DNA from: Pseudobacteriovorax sp.
Lineage (GTDB): Bacteria; Bdellovibrionota_B; Oligoflexia; Oligoflexales; Oligoflexaceae
DNA: 34,464 nucleotides
Assembly: GCA_050293845.1 (NCBI GenBank)
Contig: JBNKNM010000042.1
Span: 1 to 34,464 of the forward strand
Direction of reading: 5' to 3'
The notes beneath the pieces were generated by a model that was given only the letters and a program-made list of their open reading frames with translations, was not told the DNA's origin and made no database searches. How positions within the stretch are numbered: position 1 is the stretch's first letter; every line of letters begins with the position of its first letter. Position numbers and translations under genes: made by a program. This document shows, in pieces, positions 18,645 to 28,054 of this stretch.

Positions 18645-19967
18645 ATGTATTTGGGGCTCAAGACATTCTTGGATTTGGACTTTAATATCTGCACAAAGAT
18701 TGTTGTACTTGTTTTTATAGGATTATCTTCATTGAGCTCTTATAGCGCGCAAGATCTAGTCGGCCTTATTAAAGCTACTCTCCAAAACGATTTGTCTATC
18801 AAATCAGATCATATGCAGGTCAGAGCAAGTAATTTAGAAATGCAGGCAGCTAAAAAAAAGTATTTGCCTCGTTTGGACTTCGATGGATCTGCTTTATATA
18901 CAAGGTTTGGAGATTCAAACGAGAATATCATAGGTACTATAGATTATGATCTCATATTGACACAATCCCTCTATAATGAGAGCATTCAAGCTGAAATTCT
19001 TCACAAGAAAGCAAAAGTAGAGGAATTTGAATTTCGTCAAAAACATAGTGTTCAACTAGCAATAAAGGCCACCATTGATAGCTATTTGCATGTAATAGAA
19101 AGTAAGGAACATAAACAATATGTAGAAAGTCAAAGCCAATTCATTGATAAGCATGTACAAATAGCAAAAGAGAAGTATCGTATCGGAAGTGTCAATATAA
19201 TCGAGGTTCAGTTAGCAGAAGCCCGTAGTGCTAGTCTTCAGTCCGATCTTATTGACGCAAATTATTCATATGAAAAATCGAAAACAATATTAGAGTATAT
19301 TAGTGATGTAAAAATCAATAAACTATTACAACGGCCTTATATAGACTTGCCTCCGAAGTATTTAAAAACAAATTTCAAATCTCTTTCATTACACCCTGAA
19401 GCAAAAATATATCAAGCACAAATAAAGCAACAATTTGCTCTTATGGCGATTGAAAAAACAAAAATGTACCCGCATCTTTCAGCGTTTGCTTCGTTGGAAT
19501 TAAATCACCTTGAAGGAAGAATTCCTAGGCAAAATATTGGGTTGATGCTTTCCTATAATATTTACCATGGGAGAAAAGATATTCTCAAAATTGAATCAAC
19601 AAAATTTTCTGAAAAATCAATGTCTTTTCGCTACCAAAGACATTTAAAAGATACTAGTTCCCTTCTTGCTGCAAAAATTATCGACTATAAAAACATACGT
19701 GAAAAGATAACTCACCTTTCAAAAAGCGTTCTTTACCTTCAAAAAATTTTAGAAAATAGAGCAACTCAGTTCAACTCGGGAGCCATTCATGGAGTGACTG
19801 TTTTAGATGCACAAGAAAGGTTACTTGATGCTCAGACTCAGCTTTCATCTGTAAAAAGTTTGCAAATAAGAATGGCAGTTGAAATTCTTTCCATACTTGG
19901 TCATTTAAATCTCACGGAATTGAAGTCACTCATTAAACATAAAGAAATTGCTGGTGATTATGAGTAA
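18645..19967 (+). CDS. TolC-family outer-membrane protein of a type I secretion-like system
   Basis: Two OEP repeats (YLPRLDF / MYPHLSA, EVQLAEAR, VLDAQERL); N-terminal signal; first gene of the operon. Confidence 0.88.
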   Translation: MYLGLKTFLDLDFNICTKIVVLVFIGLSSLSSYSAQDLVGLIKATLQNDLSIKSDHMQVRASNLEMQAAKKKYLPRLDFDGSALYTRFGDSNENIIGTIDYDLILTQSLYNESIQAEILHKKAKVEEFEFRQKHSVQLAIKATIDSYLHVIESKEHKQYVESQSQFIDKHVQIAKEKYRIGSVNIIEVQLAEARSASLQSDLIDANYSYEKSKTILEYISDVKINKLLQRPYIDLPPKYLKTNFKSLSLHPEAKIYQAQIKQQFALMAIEKTKMYPHLSAFASLELNHLEGRIPRQNIGLMLSYNIYHGRKDILKIESTKFSEKSMSFRYQRHLKDTSSLLAAKIIDYKNIREKITHLSKSVLYLQKILENRATQFNSGAIHGVTVLDAQERLLDAQTQLSSVKSLQIRMAVEILSILGHLNLTELKSLIKHKEIAGDYE

Positions 19968-21678
19968 GGCTAAAGTCATTGACATAGGTTTGTGGTATGC
20001 CTTCAAAAAGACAATATCTAGTAGCATCGAGCTTTTTATATCTTCAGCACTGATTAACACTCTAGCATTAGCAGTGCCACTCGTTATCATGCAAGTCTAT
20101 GATAGAATAATTCCCTATAAGGGTAAGGGAACTCTTTTATGGTTGGTCTTAGGGGCATCCTTAGCCGTCATAATCGAAACTGTACTTAAAATTGTACGAG
20201 ACAAAATTGGAGTTTTGGAAGGTGCTCGATATGAATATAGAATATCCAATAAATGCTTTGAACAAATATTAAGAGCACCTTTAGAAAAAATAGAACATGA
20301 AAATCTTAATACATTACTTGAAAACCTCAAGTCTGTTAGAAATCTACAAAACTTATATTATCGAAATGTTTATATAGCTCTTTTAGATTTTCCCTTTGCC
20401 ATTATTTATATTGCTGCTGTGTGGTTTATTTTCCCTAGACTGGCCTATTATGTTTTATGGATTGCTGGCGGGTGTTGTCTTTTGTCATATTTTGTTAAAT
20501 TTTTTTATCGCCGCGTGAGGGAATCGTACTACGAAATAGCCGATAAGCGGATAAATTTAGTTATTGATTCCATTAAAAAAATACATTTTCTTAAAGTCTT
20601 TTCAATGGAAGAACAGATTTTAAGACAATATGAGAACATGCAACTTGAATTGTCGCATCAAGATTTAAAAGTGTCACTTATAAATGGTTTTTTTAAAGAT
20701 TTTCAATTTATGATAGCGCAATTAGCTCTTTTTGGTTCGTTAACTATAGGCGCTCCTTTGGTTATAGATGGTACGTATACTGTTGGTATACTAGTAACCG
20801 GGATGCTGTTGTGTAGCCGAGGCATTCAACCGATTCTTAGCCTTTGTGGCTTCTGGGTCAAATATAGCGATATTGAATTATCGAAGAAAAAAGTAATGGC
20901 AATAACGAATCTGGCAGAATTATCTCAAAGAAATATCGAGATGAAACCAAATGAATTTACTGGAGAGATTGTTGTTGAAAATCTATCTTATTTTTATGGT
21001 CATTCCCGTGATGATGTAGTTCTAGGAATTAATTTGGATATTAAGCCTTTGGAGATTGTAGCCTTTACTGGACAAAACCTTCTCGAAACATCAGCATTAC
21101 TTGAGATTATTTCGGGGGTAAGGGCTACGAATATTGGCAAAGTATTGGTAGGAGGTAAAAATGTTGAATGTATAGGAGAGGAGGACATTGGAAAAATAGT
21201 TCACTATGTTGGACTTAATACTTCAATATTAAGAGGTTCAATTCTTGATAACATTTCTTGTTTCAACGAAGAAAACAGGCTCACTGCCCAGCAGATGGCG
21301 GATAATCTAAATTTAAATCAATGGCTATCGAAGCTGGCAAAGGGATATAATACTGTTATTGAAAGGCGCTCAGTATCTACGTTTCCCAGTAGCTTCATCT
21401 ACATAATGGCGCTAGCAAGGGCTCTTGTTGATAATCCAAAGATTTTGATTATTGATCGTATCGATATAGGTCTGGATCATGCTAGTAAAGAATTACTAAA
21501 AAGTGTTCTACTAGAACTCAAGGGTCAATGTACTATCGTTATTGTATCTGAAAATGTAAACATCTTAAACTTGGTTGATCGCATTTACAGATTTGAAGGT
21601 CACTGTGCTTACGAAGAAACCAAAGAAGTATTGTCTTCCCAGGATCATCAATTATTCACGCAGTACCGGGGGTATTGA
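19960..21678 (+). CDS. T1SS-type ABC transporter subunit 1 (TMD + degenerate NBD)
   Basis: INTLALAVPLVIMQVYDRII and LLDFPF T1SS TMD motifs; NBD has Walker A GQNLLETS, signature FPSSF, Walker B ILIIDR, H-loop VSE; ATG 19960 overlaps the TolC 3' end. Confidence 0.9.
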   Translation: MSKAKVIDIGLWYAFKKTISSSIELFISSALINTLALAVPLVIMQVYDRIIPYKGKGTLLWLVLGASLAVIIETVLKIVRDKIGVLEGARYEYRISNKCFEQILRAPLEKIEHENLNTLLENLKSVRNLQNLYYRNVYIALLDFPFAIIYIAAVWFIFPRLAYYVLWIAGGCCLLSYFVKFFYRRVRESYYEIADKRINLVIDSIKKIHFLKVFSMEEQILRQYENMQLELSHQDLKVSLINGFFKDFQFMIAQLALFGSLTIGAPLVIDGTYTVGILVTGMLLCSRGIQPILSLCGFWVKYSDIELSKKKVMAITNLAELSQRNIEMKPNEFTGEIVVENLSYFYGHSRDDVVLGINLDIKPLEIVAFTGQNLLETSALLEIISGVRATNIGKVLVGGKNVECIGEEDIGKIVHYVGLNTSILRGSILDNISCFNEENRLTAQQMADNLNLNQWLSKLAKGYNTVIERRSVSTFPSSFIYIMALARALVDNPKILIIDRIDIGLDHASKELLKSVLLELKGQCTIVIVSENVNILNLVDRIYRFEGHCAYEETKEVLSSQDHQLFTQYRGY

Positions 21679-23795
21679 TGAGTAAAGCTTACGTGAATAC
21701 AGTAAATAATCATGAAGAATGGTCGCAAGCCCTTTATGAATGCCTAATTCCAATACTCAGAGAACAAGGATGGTATGGAAGTAAAGAGCAACTCAATCAT
21801 GTTCTTCCGATGAGTATCTCGTCTCTTAAAATAGAGGATGTTGTGAATGCTTTGTCTGGTCTGCGAATTGCAGTAAAAGAAAAAAGAATCAAACTGAAGA
21901 ATATTGATTGCAGCCAGTTGCCATGCATATTTGTTTGCGAAAACTACGATCCAATGGTTATTTTCGAGGAAACTGATTTTGGACTAAGTGTTTTTAATGG
22001 ATTATCTAAAAAAAAGCAGATTGTTAAAGCAGATAATCGCTGCGGTTTAGCACTATTTTTTTATCCTGTAAAAGATAAAATAAAAACTTCATATGATTCT
22101 CAACAGAGGTGGTTTATTCTGGTCATAAACCGCTTCCGAAGTATGATAGCGTATTCCATGCTTATTTCATTTATCATTAGTATTTTGACCATATCGTCAC
22201 CGTTGTTTGTTTTATTTTTATTTAGCGAAATTAGCGCGATCACTGAAAAAAATCAATTTTCTCAGTTATACGTTGGGATAGCTATCTATATTGGAACATT
22301 ATTTGCTTTCAAGATGTTGAGAACTTTTGCGCAAGCCTATACAAGCGCTAGAATTGGCAATATCGTGGCAAATCAAGTAGTTCGTCGGTTGTTTTATCTA
22401 CCACCAAGATACACAGAAATGGCATCTTTGGAAGCTCAGATTTCGCGAATTCGTGATTTTGATTCTATTAAGGGTTTTGTCGCAGGTACAGCAATGGCCT
22501 CTTTATTAGAAATCCCATTTATTGTTTTTATACTTGGTATTTTACTTTTAATCGATTTCCAAATTGCACTCATACCCATTACAGCGCTAGTTATTTTCGT
22601 TGGTATCGGTTTAATAGCTAAGTATTGGTCAAGATCTATTGGGAGTGAATTATCAGGTGCTTCTCAAGAATACCAAGATTTTGTTGTAGATACTTTAACA
22701 AACTTAAGAGTTGTGAAGTCGTTGGCTCTATCGACTCTATGGATTGAAAATTATCGCAAACATATTGCTTCTTCGTTGTTACTAAATATGAAAACAAATT
22801 CCTTTCATGAGTCGATTTCTCATATAGCTTCAGGTTTAGTATCTTTGACAGGTTTAGCTACTATTTATATCGGAGTACAAAGAATTTTTGAGGGCGAGCT
22901 TACACCTGCTGGCCTGATGGCATCTATCATGTTTACCTGGATAGCTCTTTCTCCCATTAAAACAGGATTTAGTGTAGCTATTCAGTTTGATAAGGTTAAG
23001 AAAAGTGTAGAACAGGTGAATAGATTGATGGATCTTGGTACCGAACATCGCTCTCGTGACTCTGTAACTGTCACGTCAAATATAAAGGGAAATATAATAT
23101 TTTCACAGGTTTCTTTGAGATACAACAAGGAAGCTTATCCCTCTCTTTTGGGAGTGTCATTTGCTCTTCATGCGGGAGAAACTCTCGTAATCATTGGACA
23201 TGGTGGATCAGGTACTTCATCTGTACTGAAATTAATATTAGGATTATATATTCCACAATCCGGTCGTGTTATAATAGATGATAATAATTTACAGCAAATT
23301 GATCCGATTGCTTTACGCAGACAAATTGCCTATATGCCCGAAAAACCATTCTTTTTCAACGGAACATTAAGAGAAAATTTAACCTTGCGAAATCCCTCAG
23401 CTACAAGAGAGGATTTCGCATTTGCCATACAAGAAGCAGGTTTACAAAAAGAAATACAAGCATTACCAGAGGGGCTTGACACTGCGTTTGATGAAAAAAA
23501 TATTTCGCGATTTTCATTATCTTTTCAACGTCGATTTAGTTTAGCATTAGTACTCATTCAACAATCACAGCTATGGCTCTTTGATAATCCAGGAATGGGT
23601 TTGGAGGATATACATGAACGAAGAATATTATCAACTTTGGAGGGTGCAAAAGGTGTAGCAACTATTGTAATTGCGACGCAGAATCCCGAATATCTTGCAT
23701 TAGCAGATAAAGTACTGTGGCTAGAGGGAGGTAGAATGAAGTCTTTTGGTACTCTTGAACAAGTAAGTCCAAGCTTAATGATAGAACATACATAA
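21678..23795 (+). CDS. T1SS-type ABC transporter subunit 2 (C39-like domain + TMD + degenerate NBD)
   Basis: N-terminal C39-like domain (LPCI, no catalytic His); LLEIPF; Walker A GHGGSGTS, signature FSLSF, Walker B LWLFDN, H-loop ATQ; TGATG coupling to subunit 1. Confidence 0.9.
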   Translation: MSKAYVNTVNNHEEWSQALYECLIPILREQGWYGSKEQLNHVLPMSISSLKIEDVVNALSGLRIAVKEKRIKLKNIDCSQLPCIFVCENYDPMVIFEETDFGLSVFNGLSKKKQIVKADNRCGLALFFYPVKDKIKTSYDSQQRWFILVINRFRSMIAYSMLISFIISILTISSPLFVLFLFSEISAITEKNQFSQLYVGIAIYIGTLFAFKMLRTFAQAYTSARIGNIVANQVVRRLFYLPPRYTEMASLEAQISRIRDFDSIKGFVAGTAMASLLEIPFIVFILGILLLIDFQIALIPITALVIFVGIGLIAKYWSRSIGSELSGASQEYQDFVVDTLTNLRVVKSLALSTLWIENYRKHIASSLLLNMKTNSFHESISHIASGLVSLTGLATIYIGVQRIFEGELTPAGLMASIMFTWIALSPIKTGFSVAIQFDKVKKSVEQVNRLMDLGTEHRSRDSVTVTSNIKGNIIFSQVSLRYNKEAYPSLLGVSFALHAGETLVIIGHGGSGTSSVLKLILGLYIPQSGRVIIDDNNLQQIDPIALRRQIAYMPEKPFFFNGTLRENLTLRNPSATREDFAFAIQEAGLQKEIQALPEGLDTAFDEKNISRFSLSFQRRFSLALVLIQQSQLWLFDNPGMGLEDIHERRILSTLEGAKGVATIVIATQNPEYLALADKVLWLEGGRMKSFGTLEQVSPSLMIEHT

Positions 23796-23816
23796 TAATT
23801 ACATTCGTGTTGTAAA

Positions 23817-24785
23817 ATGTCTAGAAATAAAAAAATTAAGGGAATCAGTTATCTAGGTGCTAGTGCTCTACTAGAAGAAAAAAAATTACCTTTTTTTCAT
23901 AGGCTTGTTATATTTCTATCAGCCGTAACGTTATTTGTGTTTATAGATTGGGCGAGTACCACAAAGGTTAGTGAAGTTGCAATGACAAAAGGTCAGTTAG
24001 TACCTAGCAAGGGAGTTGTGTCTATACAACATCAGTTTGGGGGAGAAATTGATCAGTTAATGGTTACACAGGGACAAAAAGTTAAAGTGGGAGATACGTT
24101 GTTGACCCTTAAAGGATCGCGTATTGTTACAGAATATAAAAGATCAAAGCTAAGACTTAAATCTACTATAGCTTCAAAAAAATTCTTTGATGAAGAGTTC
24201 TTGAAAAGAAAAGAATTGACTAGAAAAGGCCTAGAATCTAAGCTTTACTTTCTTTCATTAAAGGCAAAAAAAAATGAATTAGAAGGTGAAATTGCGGAGC
24301 AGAAAGAAGTCGTAGAAGGGTATCAAAAACAATTGGCTAGCCTTCAGATAAAATCTCCTATCGAAGGTTACGTCCATGGTTTAAGTATAATAAAAGTGGG
24401 TATTATTAAGGCTGGAAGCACGATTATGGAAATTATTCCAAATAATAAACCTCTCGTGGCTGAAGTTGAAATTTCCCCAACAGATATAGGACATGTGCGT
24501 CCAGGACAGCTTGTGAAAATCAAGGTGGATAGTTATGACTTTAATAAATATGGAGCAGCCGAGGGTCGCCTAAAAAAAGTATCTCCGACAACATATTTTG
24601 GAGCGAATGGCAAACCCCACTATAAAGGCTATGTTGAATTTATTGAGGGTAGATCACTACCTTTTGACCCCCTTTTACCTGGTATGACAGTAATCGCTGA
24701 TATCCATACGGGTAATAAATCGGTGTTGGAGTATCTACTTAAACCAGTTCTTGTGTCAGCAGATCAAGCATTAAGAGAGAGATAG
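23817..24785 (+). CDS. HlyD-family T1SS membrane fusion protein, short form
   Basis: TM, GQLVP, IQHQFGG, IKSPIEG, DIGHV, YDFNKYG, PGMTVIADIHTG, SVLEYLLKP, ALRER. Confidence 0.93.
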   Translation: MSRNKKIKGISYLGASALLEEKKLPFFHRLVIFLSAVTLFVFIDWASTTKVSEVAMTKGQLVPSKGVVSIQHQFGGEIDQLMVTQGQKVKVGDTLLTLKGSRIVTEYKRSKLRLKSTIASKKFFDEEFLKRKELTRKGLESKLYFLSLKAKKNELEGEIAEQKEVVEGYQKQLASLQIKSPIEGYVHGLSIIKVGIIKAGSTIMEIIPNNKPLVAEVEISPTDIGHVRPGQLVKIKVDSYDFNKYGAAEGRLKKVSPTTYFGANGKPHYKGYVEFIEGRSLPFDPLLPGMTVIADIHTGNKSVLEYLLKPVLVSADQALRER

Positions 24786-24832
24786 ATTTATGGTGAAAGT
24801 ATCAGTTAATAATATTATTTACGGGTAATTAA

Positions 24833-25156
24833 ATGGAAGAAAAGCATGTAGTTCAAATAGATAAAGATCTTGAACCGATTTTGGAAAATTTTTTTTTAAA
24901 TTTAGAGAAGGATCTTCAAGATGCTTCAGAAGCTATCACAACTCATAATTCTGAAAGTCTCGAAAAGGTAGGGCATAAAGCTAAAGGAGCCTGTGGCTCC
25001 TATGGATTTAAAAGTTTAAGAGAAAAATTTGATCGTTTAGAACAATTTGCTCAATCAGGAAAGTTTGATCAAGCCAAGATTGAACTTTCGCATATTATCA
25101 AATACTTGAACTCCGTAGAGATTGAACTTGTATCCATTGATGAGGATGTCGCCTAG
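24833..25156 (+). CDS. Stand-alone Hpt (histidine phosphotransfer) protein
   Basis: GHKAKGACGSYGF Hpt signature; 107 aa. Confidence 0.92.
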   Translation: MEEKHVVQIDKDLEPILENFFLNLEKDLQDASEAITTHNSESLEKVGHKAKGACGSYGFKSLREKFDRLEQFAQSGKFDQAKIELSHIIKYLNSVEIELVSIDEDVA

Positions 25157-25246
25157 ATAATGAAATATCAATCATAATAGCAATTTATTTATTATATTGA
25201 TCGAACACTTAATCAATATAGAACCAACTCACTTTGGAAGTTTTAT

Positions 25247-25681
25247 ATGGTATTGATCTCAAAAAAGCAAACACGTAATGGCAGTGAAAAGCTTCTTGAA
25301 GTGCTTTTGGTTGATGATGCTGAAGCAATTCGTTTGCTAATCCTGAACTACTTAGCAATTCGAAACTACAAGATAGATACAGCCATCAACGGATTAGAGG
25401 CTTTTGAAAGATGTAAGCGAAATAGATATGATATTATTGTCATGGATGTTCAAATGCCAATGATGAGTGGATTGGAAGCTGTTGCTAAAATCCGTAGTAT
25501 AGATGATCTTTATAGTGCTATTCCTATAATTGCCTTGACAGCTGAAGTAGATCACGACAAAATACAGTCCTGTCTCCATGAAGGGTATTCTGAATATTTG
25601 CAAAAACCTATTAGAAAAGTTCAGCTGTTGCAGTTGTTAGATCGCTACAATTCATTGGCAACACTAATAGATAAGAACTGA
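25247..25681 (+). CDS. Single-domain response regulator (receiver)
   Basis: LLVDD, VMDVQMPMMSG, IIALTA, YLQKP. Confidence 0.92.
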   Translation: MVLISKKQTRNGSEKLLEVLLVDDAEAIRLLILNYLAIRNYKIDTAINGLEAFERCKRNRYDIIVMDVQMPMMSGLEAVAKIRSIDDLYSAIPIIALTAEVDHDKIQSCLHEGYSEYLQKPIRKVQLLQLLDRYNSLATLIDKN

Positions 25682-25692
25682 TATCAGTTCTT
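25673..25692. repeat. Perfect 20-bp palindrome at the regulator stop / IS junction
   Basis: AAGAACTGATATCAGTTCTT is its own reverse complement. Confidence 0.9.
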
Positions 25693-26545
25693 TACATCCG
25701 ACAATGATCAAATATCTGCAAAATGGTGGCCGTACAATTCACAAGCCTTAACTCCCAGGGCTTCTAGGATTTGTCTTTGGAAGCTTTTAATTTGATCTTT
25801 TTTTACCGGTCTGAAAAGACGATACTAATGCCTTGAAAACCTGAAAGACTCGAATTAGAGTTGACTTTGTTGTCGGCTTTCGCGAGCTATTAGCTATTAT
25901 AGGCCGATTGTTTGCTTCGATACGTTCTGTTTTTTTCAGGTAGAAAGATTGAACATAAAAGATAGGGTTTTTTAGAAATCTAAATCCTAACTCAACTTGG
26001 TTTTGCTGCTTATAGAAATCAATTATTTCCGAGGTTAAACTTTCACATCGATTGGTACCAAGGACGAATCAAGCTTTGCATAAAGTCTCGATTCGGATAG
26101 CTTCAATATCTTCTTCGATTTCACTTACTATCTTTTATTTGTAGGATTCTGCCTTTATATCTCATTGAGGGCGACTTCTACTACTATAGATGGGATGGTT
26201 CATGATTTCAAATCGCTTGAATTTATGGAATGTAGCCTTAATTTTATCAACACATTTTAAAGTATTTCTCTCACAAAAGATGCGTTCTGCTTGCAAGGGA
26301 AGCAGCTTTTTTTGTAACTGATCAGGTTCTTTTACTACTGTCTGGGCAATCGAGTCGGCTGCACGTATTTGGCTTTGCTCAGAATAACAAACAAACCAAT
26401 TTTGCTCTATATCATAGTTTTTACTAGAAGGCTCTGATATTTGATGCCTTTATCAGTCCTTTGCTGCTGTTGTTCTCAGCCCAATGCGTCTGATACTATG
26501 TCTTTTAGCTCGCAAAGTGCACATGGCATCTAGGTATTACTTCCG
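25690..26545 (-). mobile_element. Degraded IS1634-family transposase relic (C-terminal half plus probable right end)
   Basis: Manual translation with stops: YDIEQNWFVCYSE...IFCE...SRP...FVLGTN...FYKQQNQVELGFRFLKNPIFYVQSFYLKKTERIEA...KPTTKSTLIRVFQVF...QILEALG..CELY; ends in IR-like TGTCGGATGTAAAG. Confidence 0.9.
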
Positions 26546-26704
26546 CGGCCAAATTAATCAAATTAAGTTTCTGACTTTTGCTTGAAATGGCCATTAAATA
26601 TTAAATTTTACTAATGGGCATAAAACGCCCTGCGTTAATACAATGATTTTCGTTAGTTCAAAAACTCAGCAAGAATCTATACTGTTAAACAATAGATGCT
26701 AAGC

Positions 26705-26731
26705 TAAGAAATTTCAAAAACTAGCCGAATC
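26705..26731 (+). promoter_or_regulatory. sigma28/FliA-like promoter of the SBP-kinase operon
   Basis: TAAG-N15-GCCGAATC, 41 nt upstream of the ATG. Confidence 0.55.
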
Positions 26732-26772
26732 CAATAATGGGATTAGATTACTAATAATCGGTAGAGCACCAT

Positions 26773-28042
26773 ATGGAAAAACCTTTTTCAAGACGTAAAC
26801 TTTTTAATGCAACCATAAATGGTTCTTTATTAGCCTACGGGACTTACAAAGCTCCCTTTGTTTATGCAAAGAAAAAGCAAACTCTACGAATATTAGGAAC
26901 ACATGTCACTTTACAGGAAGAAATTCGCCAAAAGGCTATGCAAGATCTGGGAATCAACCTCATTTTTGAACCAAATGGCAGCGCGTCGGTGTTACAAAAA
27001 GCCGCATCCAATCCCGCCTCCTTTGATTTATACGAGCAATGGTCTGATAGCATCAACATCCTGTGGCAAGCAAGGGCGATTCAGCCAATAGAGGTGGAAA
27101 GAATTAAGTACTGGGATGAAATCAATCCCCTTGCAAAAACTGGAAAATTAACTCCAAATGCAAGAATCGGAGCTGGGGATGCTCCCTACAAAATTTTATA
27201 TGTTCAACCTGATGGTAAATTAGGCTCCAATAGGACTGGTCAAGTTAGTTTTATGCCTTATGTGCATAATGTTGATTCATTTGGTTACAACACAAATTTT
27301 ATTAAAAAAGGTGAGCCTTACGTTACCGAGAGCTGGGGATGGCTATTAGATGAAGCTTTTAGTGGTAAAGTAGGGTTAGTTAATGCACCAACTATTGGCA
27401 TATTTGACGTTGCTCTCGCAGCCCAAGCGCAAGGATTAGTGACCTTTAAAGATATTGGTAATATGTCCACAGATGAGATTGATAAACTATTTGCTATATT
27501 GATTGAAAAGAAAAAAAAATGGCCACTTCTCCGGACTTTGGAATTCAGTACCACAATCGATTGACTATATGGTCAGCAAAAGAGTTTATATTCAAAGTAT
27601 GTTTTCTCCAGGAGTATCGGGGGCCAATGGTTTAGGGGTTCCCGTAGTGTATGCTTCTCCTAAGGAAGGCTTTCGCGCCTGGCATGGTGTCATGTGCTTA
27701 TCAAGAAAAACAACGGGATTGGCTAAAGATGCAGCCTACGAATACATGAACTGGTGGCTATCAGGATGGCCTGGTTCATTTATAGCAAGACAAGGTTATT
27801 ACATCTCAAATCCCGAACGGTCAGAAGCTCTCCTTCCTGCCGACGAATGGGCTTATTGGTATTTGGGTGCAGAGGCTAAAAGAGATCTTAAGGGAACCGA
27901 TGGAAGGACTTCTGTTAAAAAGGGCAACGTCCGCGATGGCGGATCCTATATAAAAAGATTTAGTAACATAGCAGTCTGGAATACGGTGATGGATAACTAT
28001 GATTATAGCTTAGATAAATGGTACGAATTCCTTAACTCATGA
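26773..28042 (+). pseudogene. Tat-exported extracellular solute-binding protein (PotD/PotF-like), split by a +1 frameshift in an A9 tract
   Basis: SRRKLF twin-arginine motif; ORFs 26773-27564 and 27503-28042 join into one 422-aa frame if one A is removed from 27511-27519. Confidence 0.85.
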
Positions 28043-28054
28043 TAATAGTATCAT

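Noticed and set aside
21678..22080. Active C39 peptidase / bacteriocin exporter
   Set aside because: No QxxxxDCG motif or catalytic His, and no double-glycine precursor nearby
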